Assembly (NCBI GenBank): GCA_965218205.1
Contig: OZ244590.1
Span: forward strand, 915,271-979,270
DNA: 64,000 nt
DNA from: Spirochaetia bacterium
GTDB lineage: Bacteria > Spirochaetota > Spirochaetia > WTKD01 > G963693115
Direction of reading: 5' to 3'
Shown: positions 1 through 10,921 of the stretch, piece by piece
How the letters are laid out: every line of letters starts with the position of its first letter
Position numbering within the stretch: position 1 is the stretch's first letter
Translations under genes and position numbers: made by a program
The notes under the pieces: generated by a model
Databases searched by the model: none
Told to the model about the DNA's origin: nothing
The model's input: the letters and a program-made list of their open reading frames with translations, nothing else

Positions 1-69
1 TTATCGTATAATTTAATTACGCGAAGTGTATCCAATGCTTTTAATCGAATAAATATAGCAATTAGGTAG
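1..69 (+). CDS. flgB: 3' end of flagellar basal-body rod protein FlgB (partial, runs off window start)
   Basis: Frame 1 is open from nt 1 to TAG at 67-69 (...YNLITRSVSNAFNRINIAIR*), 5 nt before flgC. The position matches the spirochaete flgB-flgC-fliE order. The fragment is too short for a motif call. Confidence 0.45.
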   Translation, partial: LSYNLITRSVSNAFNRINIAIR

Positions 70-74
70 GCCTT

Positions 75-536
75 ATGGGAATGTTTACTAGCATAAATAT
101 AGCATCGTCTGGGCTAAGTGCCCAGCGTTTACGTGAATCGGTTATAAGTAATAATATAGCCAATGTAAATTCTACTCGTACTACACAAGGTGGGCCGTAT
201 AGACGTAGCAGGGTAGTTTTTGCTCCTATTACTGATGGTCCAGAATGGAAATCTCGTATTGTTCCTAAGATGCTTGATCCAGGTACAGGAAAAGGGGTAA
301 GAGTGGCTGCTATTGAAAAAGATTACGACAATCAATTACGATTGAAGTATGATCCTACTCATCCAGATGCTATCATATCTGGTCCACGAAAAGGCTATGT
401 TGAGATGCCAAATGTAAACATAGTAGAAGAGTTTACTGATCTTGTTTCTGCTTCTCGTGCATATCAAGCAAATGTCGAAGTGATAAATAGTGCTACTTCA
501 ATGTTTGAGATGGCATTGAATATTGGGGTTGCTTAG
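75..536 (+). CDS. flgC: flagellar basal-body rod protein FlgC
   Basis: 153 aa. N-terminal rod motif SGLSAQRLR...ISNNIANVNSTRT and C-terminal VEEFTDLVSASRAYQANVEV are typical of FlgC. Operon context agrees. Confidence 0.9.
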   Translation: MGMFTSINIASSGLSAQRLRESVISNNIANVNSTRTTQGGPYRRSRVVFAPITDGPEWKSRIVPKMLDPGTGKGVRVAAIEKDYDNQLRLKYDPTHPDAIISGPRKGYVEMPNVNIVEEFTDLVSASRAYQANVEVINSATSMFEMALNIGVA

Positions 537-618
537 TATATACTAATTATAGTGTATAATAGTTAGAATGAATGTAAAAATATAGGTTTTATTGTAGACT
601 ATAACAACGGGAGGATAT

Positions 619-978
619 ATGAATACAATACTTATACAAGCTAAAGGAGTACCTGCTCCTATAGATTCTATAATAACAAATAAGCTCGCATTACAAAAAA
701 CGCATCCTGCACATTTCTCAAGTGCAACAGATAGTGGCAAAGAGCTGTCAGAAAATGATTCAAGCAGTTTTAAGAATATTTTACTCAAAGGAATTGATAA
801 GGCATCAGAATTAGAGCACTATGCAGTAGACATTGCACAGCAATCTCAATTAGATCCCTCAATAGATGAACATGATGTGAGTATAGCAGCAGCAAAAGCG
901 AGTATGGCAGTACAATTAACGCGTAGTATTGTTGATAGAGCTTTAGAAGCATACAGAAGTATTATAGCATTACGATAA
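619..978 (+). CDS. fliE: flagellar hook-basal body complex protein FliE
   Basis: 119 aa, lies between flgC and fliF. SD GGGAGG lies upstream of the ATG. The C-terminal helical segment (...MAVQLTRSIVDRALEAYRSII) is FliE-like. Confidence 0.8.
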   Translation: MNTILIQAKGVPAPIDSIITNKLALQKTHPAHFSSATDSGKELSENDSSSFKNILLKGIDKASELEHYAVDIAQQSQLDPSIDEHDVSIAAAKASMAVQLTRSIVDRALEAYRSIIALR

Positions 979-1147
979 AGAAGACAATGCATTCTCTTTC
1001 CTTTCTATAGTACTATCTATTTTGTGTGTATAGTATCGTTGTATAAAATAGGAAAGAGTATGTTTTACTAATTGTTAGCATTAGTGGGACTTGTCATTAT
1101 TTCTTTTTTTTAGTAATATAATTCTTGAGGGGCATTAAAAGGGGACT

Positions 1148-2854
1148 ATGCTAAATTTCTTTAAAAAATTTTTTACGTCCATAGTAACATTATGGTCAAA
1201 AATATCTGTATTACAAAAAATAATAGCAACTGCATTTTTTGGTATTGTAATAATTTTTGTTATATTTATTTCTGTATACAGTGTTCGTGATACGGATGTA
1301 TATCTGTTTACTAACGGTATTAGTGATTCTGTTCAATTACAGAAAATAACATTTAGGCTTGATCAGGAAGCTGTGCCATATACTGTTGATAGTAATAATC
1401 GTATTAAAGTAAAAGATGTTGGTACTGCACGATATTTAAGAAATATTATTGTTCGAGAAAATCTTTTGCCTTCAGATACTGATCCTTGGGAATTATTTGA
1501 TATTACTCGTTGGACACAAACAGATTTTGAAAGAAATATTAATTTACAACGATCTCTTACAAAACAAATTAAGCAACATATTGAATCGCTTGATGATATT
1601 GATAATGCTGAAGTAACACTGGTTATTCCTGAAGATACTTTATTTGAAAGCGATAGGAATCCACCATCAGCATCAGTAATACTTACCATTAAGCCTAGTT
1701 CTACCATTAGAGAAGAACGAAAGAAGCTAGAAGGTATTGAGCAGTTGATACTCTTTGCTATTGAAGGATTAACAGAAGACAATTTAACTATCAGTGATTC
1801 AAGCGGAGTAGTCTTAAATAATTTTGAAGATTTTGCTGCTTTTGATGATCTTGAGCTTACAAAGCGACAGCTGGATATAAAGGCAGGTATAGAAAAGGAA
1901 TATAAAGAAGCTATATATGATGCATTATCGGGAATATACACTCCTGATAGAGTGAAGATAGTAAACATTAATGTTGATATGGATTTTGCAAAAAAATCTC
2001 AAGAGACAACAGAAAATTTTCCTATAGTTGTTCGTAAAGATAATCCTGAAACTCCATATGATGAATCGGAAGTTGTTCTCAGTATTGTACGAGCACAGCA
2101 AACGGCTAATCAAACATATAAAGGAAGTGGTTTTAATCCTGAAGGTCCGCCTGGAGTAGAAGGGCAGGTCCCTCCTAGTTATAAAGATTTAGATGGCTTA
2201 GTGGCTGAATGGACACATGATACTGATACTTTTAATAATGAGATAAATCAGCGCAAAATAGTAGAGGAGAAACGTCCTGAGATTACTCGTATCACTGCTA
2301 GTGTTGCACTTGATGGTATCTGGTATACAGAATATGATGATAATGGAAAGAGAGTGATCACTTCAAATGGTTCAATACAAAGACAGTATGAAGCGTTAGA
2401 AGATTCTCAGATACGTCAAGCAAAGTTACTTGTAGAGGCAGCGGTAGGATATTCTACTGATAGAGAAGATATTGTAAATGTTGAAAATATTCAGTTTGAT
2501 AGAACTGCTCTGTTTGCTATTGAAGATGCAAAAATTCGTGCTCAGATGAGACTGTATCGTATATTGCGCATAAGTGGTTTTGTAGTGTTGGGCTTATTTA
2601 TTGCGTTTATTATATTTAGAATCATTTCTCAGATTGTTGAAAGCTATCGATTAAGAAAAGAAGAAGAGTTAGCAAATAGATACAGAAGACTGAGGGAAGA
2701 ACAAATTTCATCATTTCAAGTTGGTGAAGAACCTGAGTCCGAAGTAGATATTTTAAGAAAAGAAATTACAAATAAAATTAAACAGTCGCCTGATGAAGTA
2801 GTAAAATTAGTTCGTTTATGGGTTGATGGGCCTGTTTCTATAACATTGGAGTAG
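1148..2854 (+). CDS. fliF: flagellar MS-ring protein FliF
   Basis: 568 aa with an N-terminal TM, a large periplasmic ring region, a second TM near residue 480 and a charged C-terminal tail. It lies immediately upstream of fliG. Confidence 0.9.
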   Translation: MLNFFKKFFTSIVTLWSKISVLQKIIATAFFGIVIIFVIFISVYSVRDTDVYLFTNGISDSVQLQKITFRLDQEAVPYTVDSNNRIKVKDVGTARYLRNIIVRENLLPSDTDPWELFDITRWTQTDFERNINLQRSLTKQIKQHIESLDDIDNAEVTLVIPEDTLFESDRNPPSASVILTIKPSSTIREERKKLEGIEQLILFAIEGLTEDNLTISDSSGVVLNNFEDFAAFDDLELTKRQLDIKAGIEKEYKEAIYDALSGIYTPDRVKIVNINVDMDFAKKSQETTENFPIVVRKDNPETPYDESEVVLSIVRAQQTANQTYKGSGFNPEGPPGVEGQVPPSYKDLDGLVAEWTHDTDTFNNEINQRKIVEEKRPEITRITASVALDGIWYTEYDDNGKRVITSNGSIQRQYEALEDSQIRQAKLLVEAAVGYSTDREDIVNVENIQFDRTALFAIEDAKIRAQMRLYRILRISGFVVLGLFIAFIIFRIISQIVESYRLRKEEELANRYRRLREEQISSFQVGEEPESEVDILRKEITNKIKQSPDEVVKLVRLWVDGPVSITLE

Positions 2855-2856
2855 CT

Positions 2857-3939
2857 ATGGATACATTTGATAACGATGCTCAGTTTGATATGGACTCGGA
2901 TATTTTTGTTTCATCTGATGAGAAAAAAATAGAAATTAGTGAAGAAAAAGATATTTCTGGGAAACAGAAAGCTGCTATACTCATGGTATCTCTTGGGAAT
3001 GAAATAGCAAGTGATTTGTTTAAGAAGCTGTCAGCAAAAGAAGTAGAGAGTTTAGTGCTTGAAATTTCTCAGCTAGGAAAATTTAGTAATGATGTAAAAT
3101 TAAGCGTATTAAAGGAATTTAATGATATTCTTAGTGCTAATGAGTATATAAATATTGGAGGCGTTGATTATGCCCGATCTATACTTGAAACATCGTTAGG
3201 GACTTTACGTGCATCCGAGATTATAAATCGGATTATTTATTCTAAAAAAGGCCCTTTTGATCTTCTCAGAAAAGCAGATGTTCCACAAATACAAAGTTTA
3301 ATTCAAAAAGAAATGCCTCAAACTATAGCTTTATTGTTATCGTACTTAGAGCCTAAAAAAGCATCAGAAGTACTGGCAGGACTACCTCCGCAGCAGCAAG
3401 CGGAAGTAGCAAAGCGTATTGCCACTATCCGACAGATTAGCCCTGATATGATAAGGGATGTTGATAGAGTGTTAGAACAAAAGATTATGGCAATGTCTGG
3501 AAGTGATGTGTTAGTTGCTGGTGGTATTGATACAGCGGTCGAAATTCTTAACGTTGTTGAGCGGGGTGTTGAAAAAAATATTATAGAGACTATTGAAGAT
3601 ACAGACCCTGAGCTTGCCGAAGAAATCAAAAAGCGTATGTTTATATTTGATGATATAGTATTGCTGGATGATAGATCAATTCAGCGTGTTATTCAAGAAA
3701 TTGATAATTCGGAGTTGGCAAAAGCATTAAAAGGTACTAATGAACGTGTGAAAGAAAAATTGTTCTCAAATATGTCTAGTAGAGCAGGTGAGCTTATAAA
3801 AGAAGAAATAGAATATATGGGGCCAGTGAGATTACGAGAAGTTGAGGAAGTGCAACAAAAGATAGTTACGATTATCAGACGTCTTGAAGATCAAGGTGAA
3901 GTAGTTATCTCCAGAGGAGAACAAGAAACATTTGTTTAG
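2857..3939 (+). CDS. fliG: flagellar motor switch protein FliG
   Basis: 360 aa. Conserved FliG middle and C-terminal segments are present (...MPQTIALLLSYLEP..., ...IEYMGPVRLREVEEVQQKIV...). Confidence 0.93.
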   Translation: MDTFDNDAQFDMDSDIFVSSDEKKIEISEEKDISGKQKAAILMVSLGNEIASDLFKKLSAKEVESLVLEISQLGKFSNDVKLSVLKEFNDILSANEYINIGGVDYARSILETSLGTLRASEIINRIIYSKKGPFDLLRKADVPQIQSLIQKEMPQTIALLLSYLEPKKASEVLAGLPPQQQAEVAKRIATIRQISPDMIRDVDRVLEQKIMAMSGSDVLVAGGIDTAVEILNVVERGVEKNIIETIEDTDPELAEEIKKRMFIFDDIVLLDDRSIQRVIQEIDNSELAKALKGTNERVKEKLFSNMSSRAGELIKEEIEYMGPVRLREVEEVQQKIVTIIRRLEDQGEVVISRGEQETFV

Positions 3940-3963
3940 TTTCGGTAAGTATAGGGAGGTTTC

Positions 3964-4887
3964 GTGAAGTTAAAAAAATTATTACGTGCAGAAGAACTTT
4001 CTTCAAGGCAAACTAAGATTATTAGATTAGATTATTCTCATGTTGAAGGAGTAGATATTCCTACAAATTCTACTTTGTCTTCAGATGAAGATAGTAAGAA
4101 ACAAAAGGTAATAGAAGCAGCTAAAAAAGAAGCAAAATTATTGGTAGATAATGCAAAAGAAGAAGTTCAAAAAATAAAGGATGTTGCTCACAAAAACTAT
4201 GAGTTAGAAGTTACTGCAATAAAGCAAGAATATGAAGAAAAAGGACAGGTATTACAGAATGAGTTTAATCAAAAACAGGATGCACTTGCACAAGAGTATG
4301 AAATAAAATATAAGCAACTGCAGCAGGAACAAGAAGCTATAGATATCCATTTAGAGCAGTCTAAGGAAGAAATTCGACAGAAAGTATTTCAAGAAATTGT
4401 TGAAACGGTAACAAAAGAAACACAGAAACGTATAAGAGGGGAGTATGTACAGTTGATGAAGCAGGTACATGCTATACTTGATCAAGCTATTGAAAAACGA
4501 AGGGAGCTTATTAAAGAGTTTGAGCATGAAGTTTCAGATCTCATAGTACTTATTGTTCAGAAAATTGTGAAAGTGATGAGTGAAAAAGATAGAAGCATTG
4601 TAATTAAAAATATACATCAGTCTTTGTCTTTGTTGAAAGATAGGGAGCATTTCCTTGTTCGTGTGAATACTATTGATTTAGATGCAGTACGTGATGAAGT
4701 AAATTCAATGAAAAAAGTACTGAAAATTAAAGGAGTAATCACTGTAGTCGAAGATAGCACAATTGATCCAGGAGGCTGTGTTATTGAAACAGAGCTTGGT
4801 GAAGTTGATGCAAGAATCTCTACTCAGTTGCTTGAGATGACTAATAAAATTCGTGAAGTAAGTCCTATTAAACATGCAAAATTCTAG
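3964..4887 (+). CDS. fliH: flagellar export apparatus protein FliH
   Basis: 307 aa, GTG start preceded by GGGAGG. Long charged coiled coil, then a FliH-type C-terminal domain (...GGCVIETELGEVDARISTQL...). The 3' end overlaps the fliI start. Confidence 0.75.
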   Translation: MKLKKLLRAEELSSRQTKIIRLDYSHVEGVDIPTNSTLSSDEDSKKQKVIEAAKKEAKLLVDNAKEEVQKIKDVAHKNYELEVTAIKQEYEEKGQVLQNEFNQKQDALAQEYEIKYKQLQQEQEAIDIHLEQSKEEIRQKVFQEIVETVTKETQKRIRGEYVQLMKQVHAILDQAIEKRRELIKEFEHEVSDLIVLIVQKIVKVMSEKDRSIVIKNIHQSLSLLKDREHFLVRVNTIDLDAVRDEVNSMKKVLKIKGVITVVEDSTIDPGGCVIETELGEVDARISTQLLEMTNKIREVSPIKHAKF

Positions 4888-6193
4888 TTTTAAAAATACT
4901 TTTCTAAGATCTATTGCACAATCTATTGAATATTTTTCTCCTGTTCATGTGTATGGTCATGTTGTTTCGGTGGAAGGAAACTCTATTATAGTGAAAAATA
5001 TACAAGCTACTATAGGAGATATTTGTATTGTTGGGAATGGTATTTTAGCTGAAACTATAGCTATGAGAGAGAATGAAGTGGTAGTAGTTCCTTTTAGCAA
5101 AGTAGAAAAAATTAATATTGGGGATAAGGTATGGGTGCAAAAAACATATGGTACTGCTATAAGTGATGCATTGATAGGGAGAACTGTAAATGCATTAGGA
5201 AATGCCATTGATGGAAAAGGAAGCATTGCTCATATTGATGATTGTGTATCTAACACGTATATTCCTAGTGTATTGGAACGACCTTTAATTGATGAGCAAT
5301 TATGTACTGGAGTGAAAGCTATTGATAGTTTTATCCCGATAGGAAAAGGGCAGCGGATAGGGATATTTTCTGGCAGTGGTGTTGGTAAAACAACATTGTT
5401 AGGAATGATGATACGTAACTCCTCAGCTGATGTAAATATAGTATGTTTAGTAGGGGAACGCGGAAGGGAGGTAAAAGAGCTTATTCAGTATACTTTGGGA
5501 GAGAGAGGATTGGAGAAAGCTATTATTGTGAATGCGTCTTCGCATGAATCAGCACCAATGAGAATTAGAGCTGTCAACTATGCACTATCAATAGCTGAAT
5601 ATTTTAGAGATAAAGGGAAAGATGTTGCTTTTTATTTAGATTCTGTTACACGATTAGTACATGCACAAAGAGAGATTGGGCTTATGCGAGGGGAATTGCC
5701 TGCTTCACGTGGGTATCCTCCTTCAATATTTCCTCTTCTTGCTAGTACCTTTGAGCGCTGTGGCACCTCTTCTTTTGGGTCTATTACAGGTATATTTACT
5801 ATTTTGGTAGAAGGAGGAGATGCTGATGAGCCTGTTTCTGATGTTGTAAGAGGGCTTATTGATGGACATATACACTTACAAAGAGAGCTTGCAGAGAGAA
5901 ATCATTATCCTGCTATCCATATAGCAAGTTCGTTGAGTAGAGTAGCAAATGATATAGTGAGTAGTGATCATAAGGAAGCAGCACATAAAATACGAAAATA
6001 TTTAGGGATATATGAGCAATCTAAGGATATTATAAATGCTGGAGTATACGAAAAAGGATCTAATACTGCATTGGATAATTTTCTTGATGTTATGGATGTA
6101 TTTAACGCGTTTGTGCAACAATCTATTGATGAAAGTGTTGATTGTTCCGAAATTCAGAATGAATGTGTAGCTTTGGCAAAGCATTTGGGGTAA
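4874..6193 (+). CDS. fliI: flagellum-specific ATP synthase FliI
   Basis: 439 aa. Walker A GSGVGKTTLLG, Walker B region FYLDSVTR, F1/T3SS ATPase fold. Confidence 0.95.
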   Translation: MQNSSFKNTFLRSIAQSIEYFSPVHVYGHVVSVEGNSIIVKNIQATIGDICIVGNGILAETIAMRENEVVVVPFSKVEKINIGDKVWVQKTYGTAISDALIGRTVNALGNAIDGKGSIAHIDDCVSNTYIPSVLERPLIDEQLCTGVKAIDSFIPIGKGQRIGIFSGSGVGKTTLLGMMIRNSSADVNIVCLVGERGREVKELIQYTLGERGLEKAIIVNASSHESAPMRIRAVNYALSIAEYFRDKGKDVAFYLDSVTRLVHAQREIGLMRGELPASRGYPPSIFPLLASTFERCGTSSFGSITGIFTILVEGGDADEPVSDVVRGLIDGHIHLQRELAERNHYPAIHIASSLSRVANDIVSSDHKEAAHKIRKYLGIYEQSKDIINAGVYEKGSNTALDNFLDVMDVFNAFVQQSIDESVDCSEIQNECVALAKHLG

Positions 6194-6199
6194 TACTAT

Positions 6200-6664
6200 A
6201 TGAAAAGAAGTAAGTTTGTTTTGAACGGAATTATGACTATTCGTAAATATAAAGAGCTTATTGCAAGAAAGTCATTGATTGAAGCAAGACAGCCCTTAGT
6301 AAAAGTTGATGAAAAAATACAAATGCTAGAGCAACAAAAACGGAAAATGTTGCATAGTACTGCTCCATTATATGATGCAGACAATGGAGGGAAGGAGAAA
6401 ATACAGGAAGCAAGGCAAGATTCTGATGCCTCTCAGTTACTATATAATTTGGCGTCTCTATCAAGTTATAGTAATGCTATTGTTCTATTACACGAAAAGA
6501 GACAATCTATAAAAAAAGAGATAGAGCCATTTCAAAAACAGTATGGTATTGCTAAAAATAAGTTAGAGACAATGCAAATTTTGTATCGAAATTTTAAGAG
6601 TAAGGAAACGAAAAAAATAAATAAGGAAAAAATAGCTGAATTGCAGGAGATCATGCTATGCTAA
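6200..6664 (+). CDS. fliJ: flagellar export chaperone FliJ-like protein
   Basis: 154 aa, helical and charged, directly after fliI. The call rests on size, composition and synteny only. Confidence 0.6.
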   Translation: MKRSKFVLNGIMTIRKYKELIARKSLIEARQPLVKVDEKIQMLEQQKRKMLHSTAPLYDADNGGKEKIQEARQDSDASQLLYNLASLSSYSNAIVLLHEKRQSIKKEIEPFQKQYGIAKNKLETMQILYRNFKSKETKKINKEKIAELQEIMLC

Positions 6665-7260
6665 AAAAAGTAAGTATTATTTTAGTTTTGTTGCTCATTT
6701 TTAGTGTGTTGTTAGGCAGTCTTCTTTATTGGTTAGAGTTAGTGAATGTCTTACCGTCTAGGGTATTTATCAATTTTTTTGACAATATAACAAATGAAAG
6801 TACTCCTACACTTGAAATTGAATCTGTGAGTGATACTCTATTGCTTGAAAAAATTAGGTTAGAGAAGCAATATGAAGCCATACAAACACAACAGCAAAAT
6901 CTTGTTGATTTTGAACAAACGCTTTTACAAAGAGAGCAAGAAATAGTGAAAAAAGAAGAGATAATACGCGTGCGTGAAAAAGAGTTAGATAATCAAGAAT
7001 TAAGTCTAAACCAGCGTGCAAAAACAATCGACAATAAAACTGAGGGAGTGCGGTATAATACACAAGCTCTTTTAAATATGCCTCCGCGTTCTGCTGTTAG
7101 AATATTGGAAGGATATGAAGATCAACAGTTAATTGATACTCTGTTAATTGCAGATCAAATAGCAAATGAAAATAATACCCAATCATTGGTGCCATTTTGG
7201 TTGTCACTGATGGACCCTGTGAAAGTTGCTGAGATACAAGCAAAAATAACATATAGATAA
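6658..7260 (+). CDS. spirochaete FlbB-like flagellar protein (N-terminal TM, MgtE-N-like C-terminal region)
   Basis: 200 aa with an N-terminal TM and a coiled coil. The C-terminal segment PPRSAVRILEGYEDQQLIDTLL resembles the MgtE-N/PDP-type domain. It occupies the slot after fliJ, as in Borrelia. Confidence 0.55.
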   Translation: MLKKVSIILVLLLIFSVLLGSLLYWLELVNVLPSRVFINFFDNITNESTPTLEIESVSDTLLLEKIRLEKQYEAIQTQQQNLVDFEQTLLQREQEIVKKEEIIRVREKELDNQELSLNQRAKTIDNKTEGVRYNTQALLNMPPRSAVRILEGYEDQQLIDTLLIADQIANENNTQSLVPFWLSLMDPVKVAEIQAKITYR

Positions 7261-7262
7261 GG

Positions 7263-8741
7263 ATGTCTATGATTCAAACTATATCATTGCAGAACAATAA
7301 TGGAATATTGTTTGCACATGAAAGCAATACTTATTCTGCTAATACACTGTTAGATGGAAAAGGAAGTGATGTATATTCTGCAGGTTCACCTCTTGAAAAT
7401 ACCTATCAATCATTTCAAAAAGAGCTTATGAACACTGCAGATAAGAAAAATACCTATCAATATTCTAGCAAACAACAAGAAAAGCAAAGTACTGTTCAGC
7501 AAAATACAGATAAGTCGTATAAAGAAGCTCATTCTTCTTATGAAGATAATACCCCCATATATAAAAAAGTGCATAAAAAGATACATACAAAGACTGCAGA
7601 GAAACAAAAAGATACTGATAGTGTTTCTAAGCAAAAAGTACATGAAGGAGCAACGAAGGAGAAAGAAGAGAGTGTGGGCTTTGTAGAACAGGCATTTCTT
7701 TCTCATGTATTACAAGAAAAAAAGTTGTCCGTACATGCATCAACACACGGATCTGATGAAGAAAGCACAGAGAAGATGAAACCAAAACATAGAAGCACTC
7801 TACAATTATCTAAGCATGATAATGAAAAAGAATCTTCTATTGTATTTGATATGCTTTCTAAATATCATAAAAAATACGATAAAAAAACTGATGGTTCTGC
7901 TGATAATTTTACAACAAAAGAAGCAACAGCACAGAAAGGAGCAATATCTCAAGAAAATCTGCCTTCATCTTTTGTGTCTCAGAAAGAACAAATACAAGAT
8001 ACTATTGAAACTCTTATAAAAGAAAGTAATCTTAGCAAAGAAAAAAATAATGCTTCCTTACATCAAACAGAAGAAGCTTCTTCTGTTGAAAAAACAGAAA
8101 AAGAAACTTCTCTTTTTTCACAGTTACAGCATACAATAAAAAATAATTATCATAAAAAAAAGTATAAACAGTCGCTTAGTGCTGATAACAAAAATGTATT
8201 TTCTCATGAAAATGCAAGTGCCTCTTCCCAAGAATATGCTATGCTTCATCAACAGATATCCTTAGAAACTCAAGGTATGTCAATTCCTCGTAAAGTATCT
8301 CTGTTACATAATGCACAAAATCAGTTACAAAATTTTATTCAAAATGATTTTATGAAACAAGCACGCTTGCTTATACATCCTAATGCTTCAGGAGAGATTA
8401 AAATTGCATTACAACCACGTGAATTAGGTGATGTTAAGTATACTATAAAACTTGATAAAAATAGTATTAGTGCTAAAGTGGTGGTAGAAAGCGATGCAGT
8501 GAAAGAGTTGGTATTAAAAAGTATTGAACAGCTGTCTAAACAATTTTTACAAGAAGGGTATGAAATTGGTAATTTTACTGTTTCAGTTGATTCTAAAAAT
8601 ACCGAAAATAATACAAACGATAAGGATGAATTGCCAAAGCAGTTACAACAAGACAAAGAAATAGATTTGCTTGGATATGTAGCTGATGCTTTTGAAGGAG
8701 CATATGTGGGAGTTTCAGACCGTATCAATTTAATTGCATAG
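7263..8741 (+). CDS. fliK: flagellar hook-length control protein FliK-like
   Basis: 492 aa. Low-complexity K/E/S/Q-rich N-terminal part and a FliK C-terminal domain (...[39 protein letters not shown]...). It lies immediately upstream of flgD-flgE. Confidence 0.7.
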   Translation: MSMIQTISLQNNNGILFAHESNTYSANTLLDGKGSDVYSAGSPLENTYQSFQKELMNTADKKNTYQYSSKQQEKQSTVQQNTDKSYKEAHSSYEDNTPIYKKVHKKIHTKTAEKQKDTDSVSKQKVHEGATKEKEESVGFVEQAFLSHVLQEKKLSVHASTHGSDEESTEKMKPKHRSTLQLSKHDNEKESSIVFDMLSKYHKKYDKKTDGSADNFTTKEATAQKGAISQENLPSSFVSQKEQIQDTIETLIKESNLSKEKNNASLHQTEEASSVEKTEKETSLFSQLQHTIKNNYHKKKYKQSLSADNKNVFSHENASASSQEYAMLHQQISLETQGMSIPRKVSLLHNAQNQLQNFIQNDFMKQARLLIHPNASGEIKIALQPRELGDVKYTIKLDKNSISAKVVVESDAVKELVLKSIEQLSKQFLQEGYEIGNFTVSVDSKNTENNTNDKDELPKQLQQDKEIDLLGYVADAFEGAYVGVSDRINLIA

Positions 8742-8749
8742 GAGTTACA

Positions 8750-9211
8750 ATGAATATAAGCCAATTACAAGTTGCACAATCAAGTGTAGCTTCAGTGTCA
8801 AACAATACTGAAGCAACAGCACAACAAAGAACAGATCAATCAAGGGATATTATTCAAAATCAGCAAGTGTTAGGAAAAGATGATTTTTTGCAATTATTGG
8901 TAACACAATTAAAATATCAAGATCCAAGCAAGCCTATGGAAGATACTGCATTTATATCGCAAATGGCTGAATTTTCTGCACTTGAGCAAATGACAAATAT
9001 GAGTAAAGGATTTGAAAATCTTGCAGGTAATCTTAATAGTGCTTTTGTTTTATCTCTTATAGGAAAAGATGTTGAAATTACTAATAATACTAATGTGGTG
9101 TCAGGAAAAGTAAATGAGGTTACATTGGGCTCTAGCCCTCAAGTGAATGTTGAAGGATCATACTATGCTATAGACAATATAAGCCGAGTAGGCAACATGG
9201 AGGTACAATAA
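8750..9211 (+). CDS. flgD: flagellar hook assembly (capping) protein FlgD
   Basis: 153 aa with the FlgD signature [22 protein letters not shown]. Confidence 0.85.
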   Translation: MNISQLQVAQSSVASVSNNTEATAQQRTDQSRDIIQNQQVLGKDDFLQLLVTQLKYQDPSKPMEDTAFISQMAEFSALEQMTNMSKGFENLAGNLNSAFVLSLIGKDVEITNNTNVVSGKVNEVTLGSSPQVNVEGSYYAIDNISRVGNMEVQ

Positions 9212-9212
9212 T

Positions 9213-10622
9213 ATGATGAGGTCTCTTTATTCAGGAGTTTCTGGTTTACAGAATCATCAAACAAAAATGGATGTAATTGGAAATAATATATCGAATGTGA
9301 ATACAATAGGATTTAAGAAAGGTCGTGTTACATTTCAGGATATTTTTTCGCAATATCTTGATAGTCCTTCTGCTCCAAATCAACGTTTAGGAGGAGTTAA
9401 TCCAAAGCAAGTGGGGCTTGGTATGTCAATAGCTTCTATTGACACGTTATTTACCGAAGGTTCATTACAAACAACGGGAGTAAAAGGAGATCTTGCAATT
9501 ACTGGAAACGGTTTTTTTATTTTACGTTCTGGTGAAGAAGAGTTATTTACTCGAGCAGGTGCTTTTGATGTTGACTCAGAAGGGCGTTTAGTAAACCCTG
9601 CAAATGGTATGAGGGTACAAGGATGGAATGCTCAAAGAATTGATACTGATTATGTAATAAATACGACTGGTTCAATTGAAGATGTGCAAATTCCAATTCA
9701 AGCAAAAGATCCAGCAAACGCTACTACGCAAGTATTATTGCGTTCTAACTTAAATAAGAACACTCAGATTATTCCTCCTGGTTCTGACGCTACCACTATT
9801 GCAGAAAATACTTGGGTAGTAGAAGAAACTATTTATGATGCTTTTGGAGTAGGTCATTTATTACAGATGAGTTTTACAAGAGATGACACTACAGTAAATC
9901 AATGGAATGTTGATGTTGTGATAAATCCAAATAATGAAAATAATCTTCCTATTCTTCCTGCATTAGCAATAGGAGGACAGGCTTTGCCTGCCAATAATTT
10001 TCAGGTTACTTTTGATAACCAAGGGGTAATACAATCAGTAGGGGAAGATGCAGCAGGCCCTCTTGATCTTTTAGATAGATTAGAGGTAGCGGTTACATTT
10101 GCTGTTCCAGACGCAAACCCTGTTCCTGATGCAACTGGAGCTTTGATTACACAAACACAGCAATTTAATATTGATTTAGGAAATGCTGGACAATTTGTGG
10201 ATAGTGTTACTCAGTTTGCCTCTGAAAGTTCTACAAAAATATATTCACAAGATGGATATACTATGGGATATCTTCAAGATTTTTCTATAGATCAGTTAGG
10301 GAATGTTGTTGGAAAATTTAGCAATGATCAGAGACGAGTGCTAGCTAAGATTGCTCTTGCTTCATTTGCAAATCCAGAAGGGCTAGAAAAAACTGGTGAT
10401 ACAAATTTTACTGTAACGAGTAACAGCGGTTTAGCAAATATAGGTGAGCCTGCAACTGTAGATAGAGGATTTATCCAAGCAGGAAAACTTGAAATGAGTA
10501 ATGTAGATATTGCAGAAGAATTTACTGATATGATAGTAACACAACGTGGGTTTCAAGCTAATAGTAGAACTATCCGTACTTCTGATCAAATGATACAAGA
10601 ATTGCTGACATTGAAACAATAA
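9213..10622 (+). CDS. flgE: flagellar hook protein FlgE
   Basis: 469 aa. N-terminus MMRSLYSGVSGLQNHQTKMDVIGNNISNVNTIGFK and C-terminus DIAEEFTDMIVTQRGFQANSRTIRTSDQMIQELL are canonical hook-protein termini. Confidence 0.93.
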   Translation: MMRSLYSGVSGLQNHQTKMDVIGNNISNVNTIGFKKGRVTFQDIFSQYLDSPSAPNQRLGGVNPKQVGLGMSIASIDTLFTEGSLQTTGVKGDLAITGNGFFILRSGEEELFTRAGAFDVDSEGRLVNPANGMRVQGWNAQRIDTDYVINTTGSIEDVQIPIQAKDPANATTQVLLRSNLNKNTQIIPPGSDATTIAENTWVVEETIYDAFGVGHLLQMSFTRDDTTVNQWNVDVVINPNNENNLPILPALAIGGQALPANNFQVTFDNQGVIQSVGEDAAGPLDLLDRLEVAVTFAVPDANPVPDATGALITQTQQFNIDLGNAGQFVDSVTQFASESSTKIYSQDGYTMGYLQDFSIDQLGNVVGKFSNDQRRVLAKIALASFANPEGLEKTGDTNFTVTSNSGLANIGEPATVDRGFIQAGKLEMSNVDIAEEFTDMIVTQRGFQANSRTIRTSDQMIQELLTLKQ

Positions 10623-10702
10623 ATTTTTTAGTGCATATATTGTATGATGTATGTTTGAGAAAGTAAAAATAACATTTTTTATAGTGAAATATGTAATAAA
10701 AT

Positions 10703-10921
10703 ATGGTGTTAGTTACAAAATTGAATAATTCTTATTATTATCTTAATCCTCATCTCATTGAAACTGTGGAATCAAAGCCAGATACCACCATAACGTTAGT
10801 ATCAAATAAAAGTTTGGTTATAAAAGAAAGTCCTCAAGCGTTAATTCACAAAATTAAAGAATATAGACGATCTATTGGTATAGAAATAAGTGAGGATGAA
10901 GGGAAAGAGGTGCTTGAATGA
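10703..10921 (+). CDS. flbD: flagellar FlbD family protein
   Basis: 72 aa (MVLVTKLNNSYYYLNPHLIETVESKPDTTITL...), a FlbD-like small protein in the slot between flgE and motA. ATGA overlap with motA. Confidence 0.7.
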   Translation: MVLVTKLNNSYYYLNPHLIETVESKPDTTITLVSNKSLVIKESPQALIHKIKEYRRSIGIEISEDEGKEVLE

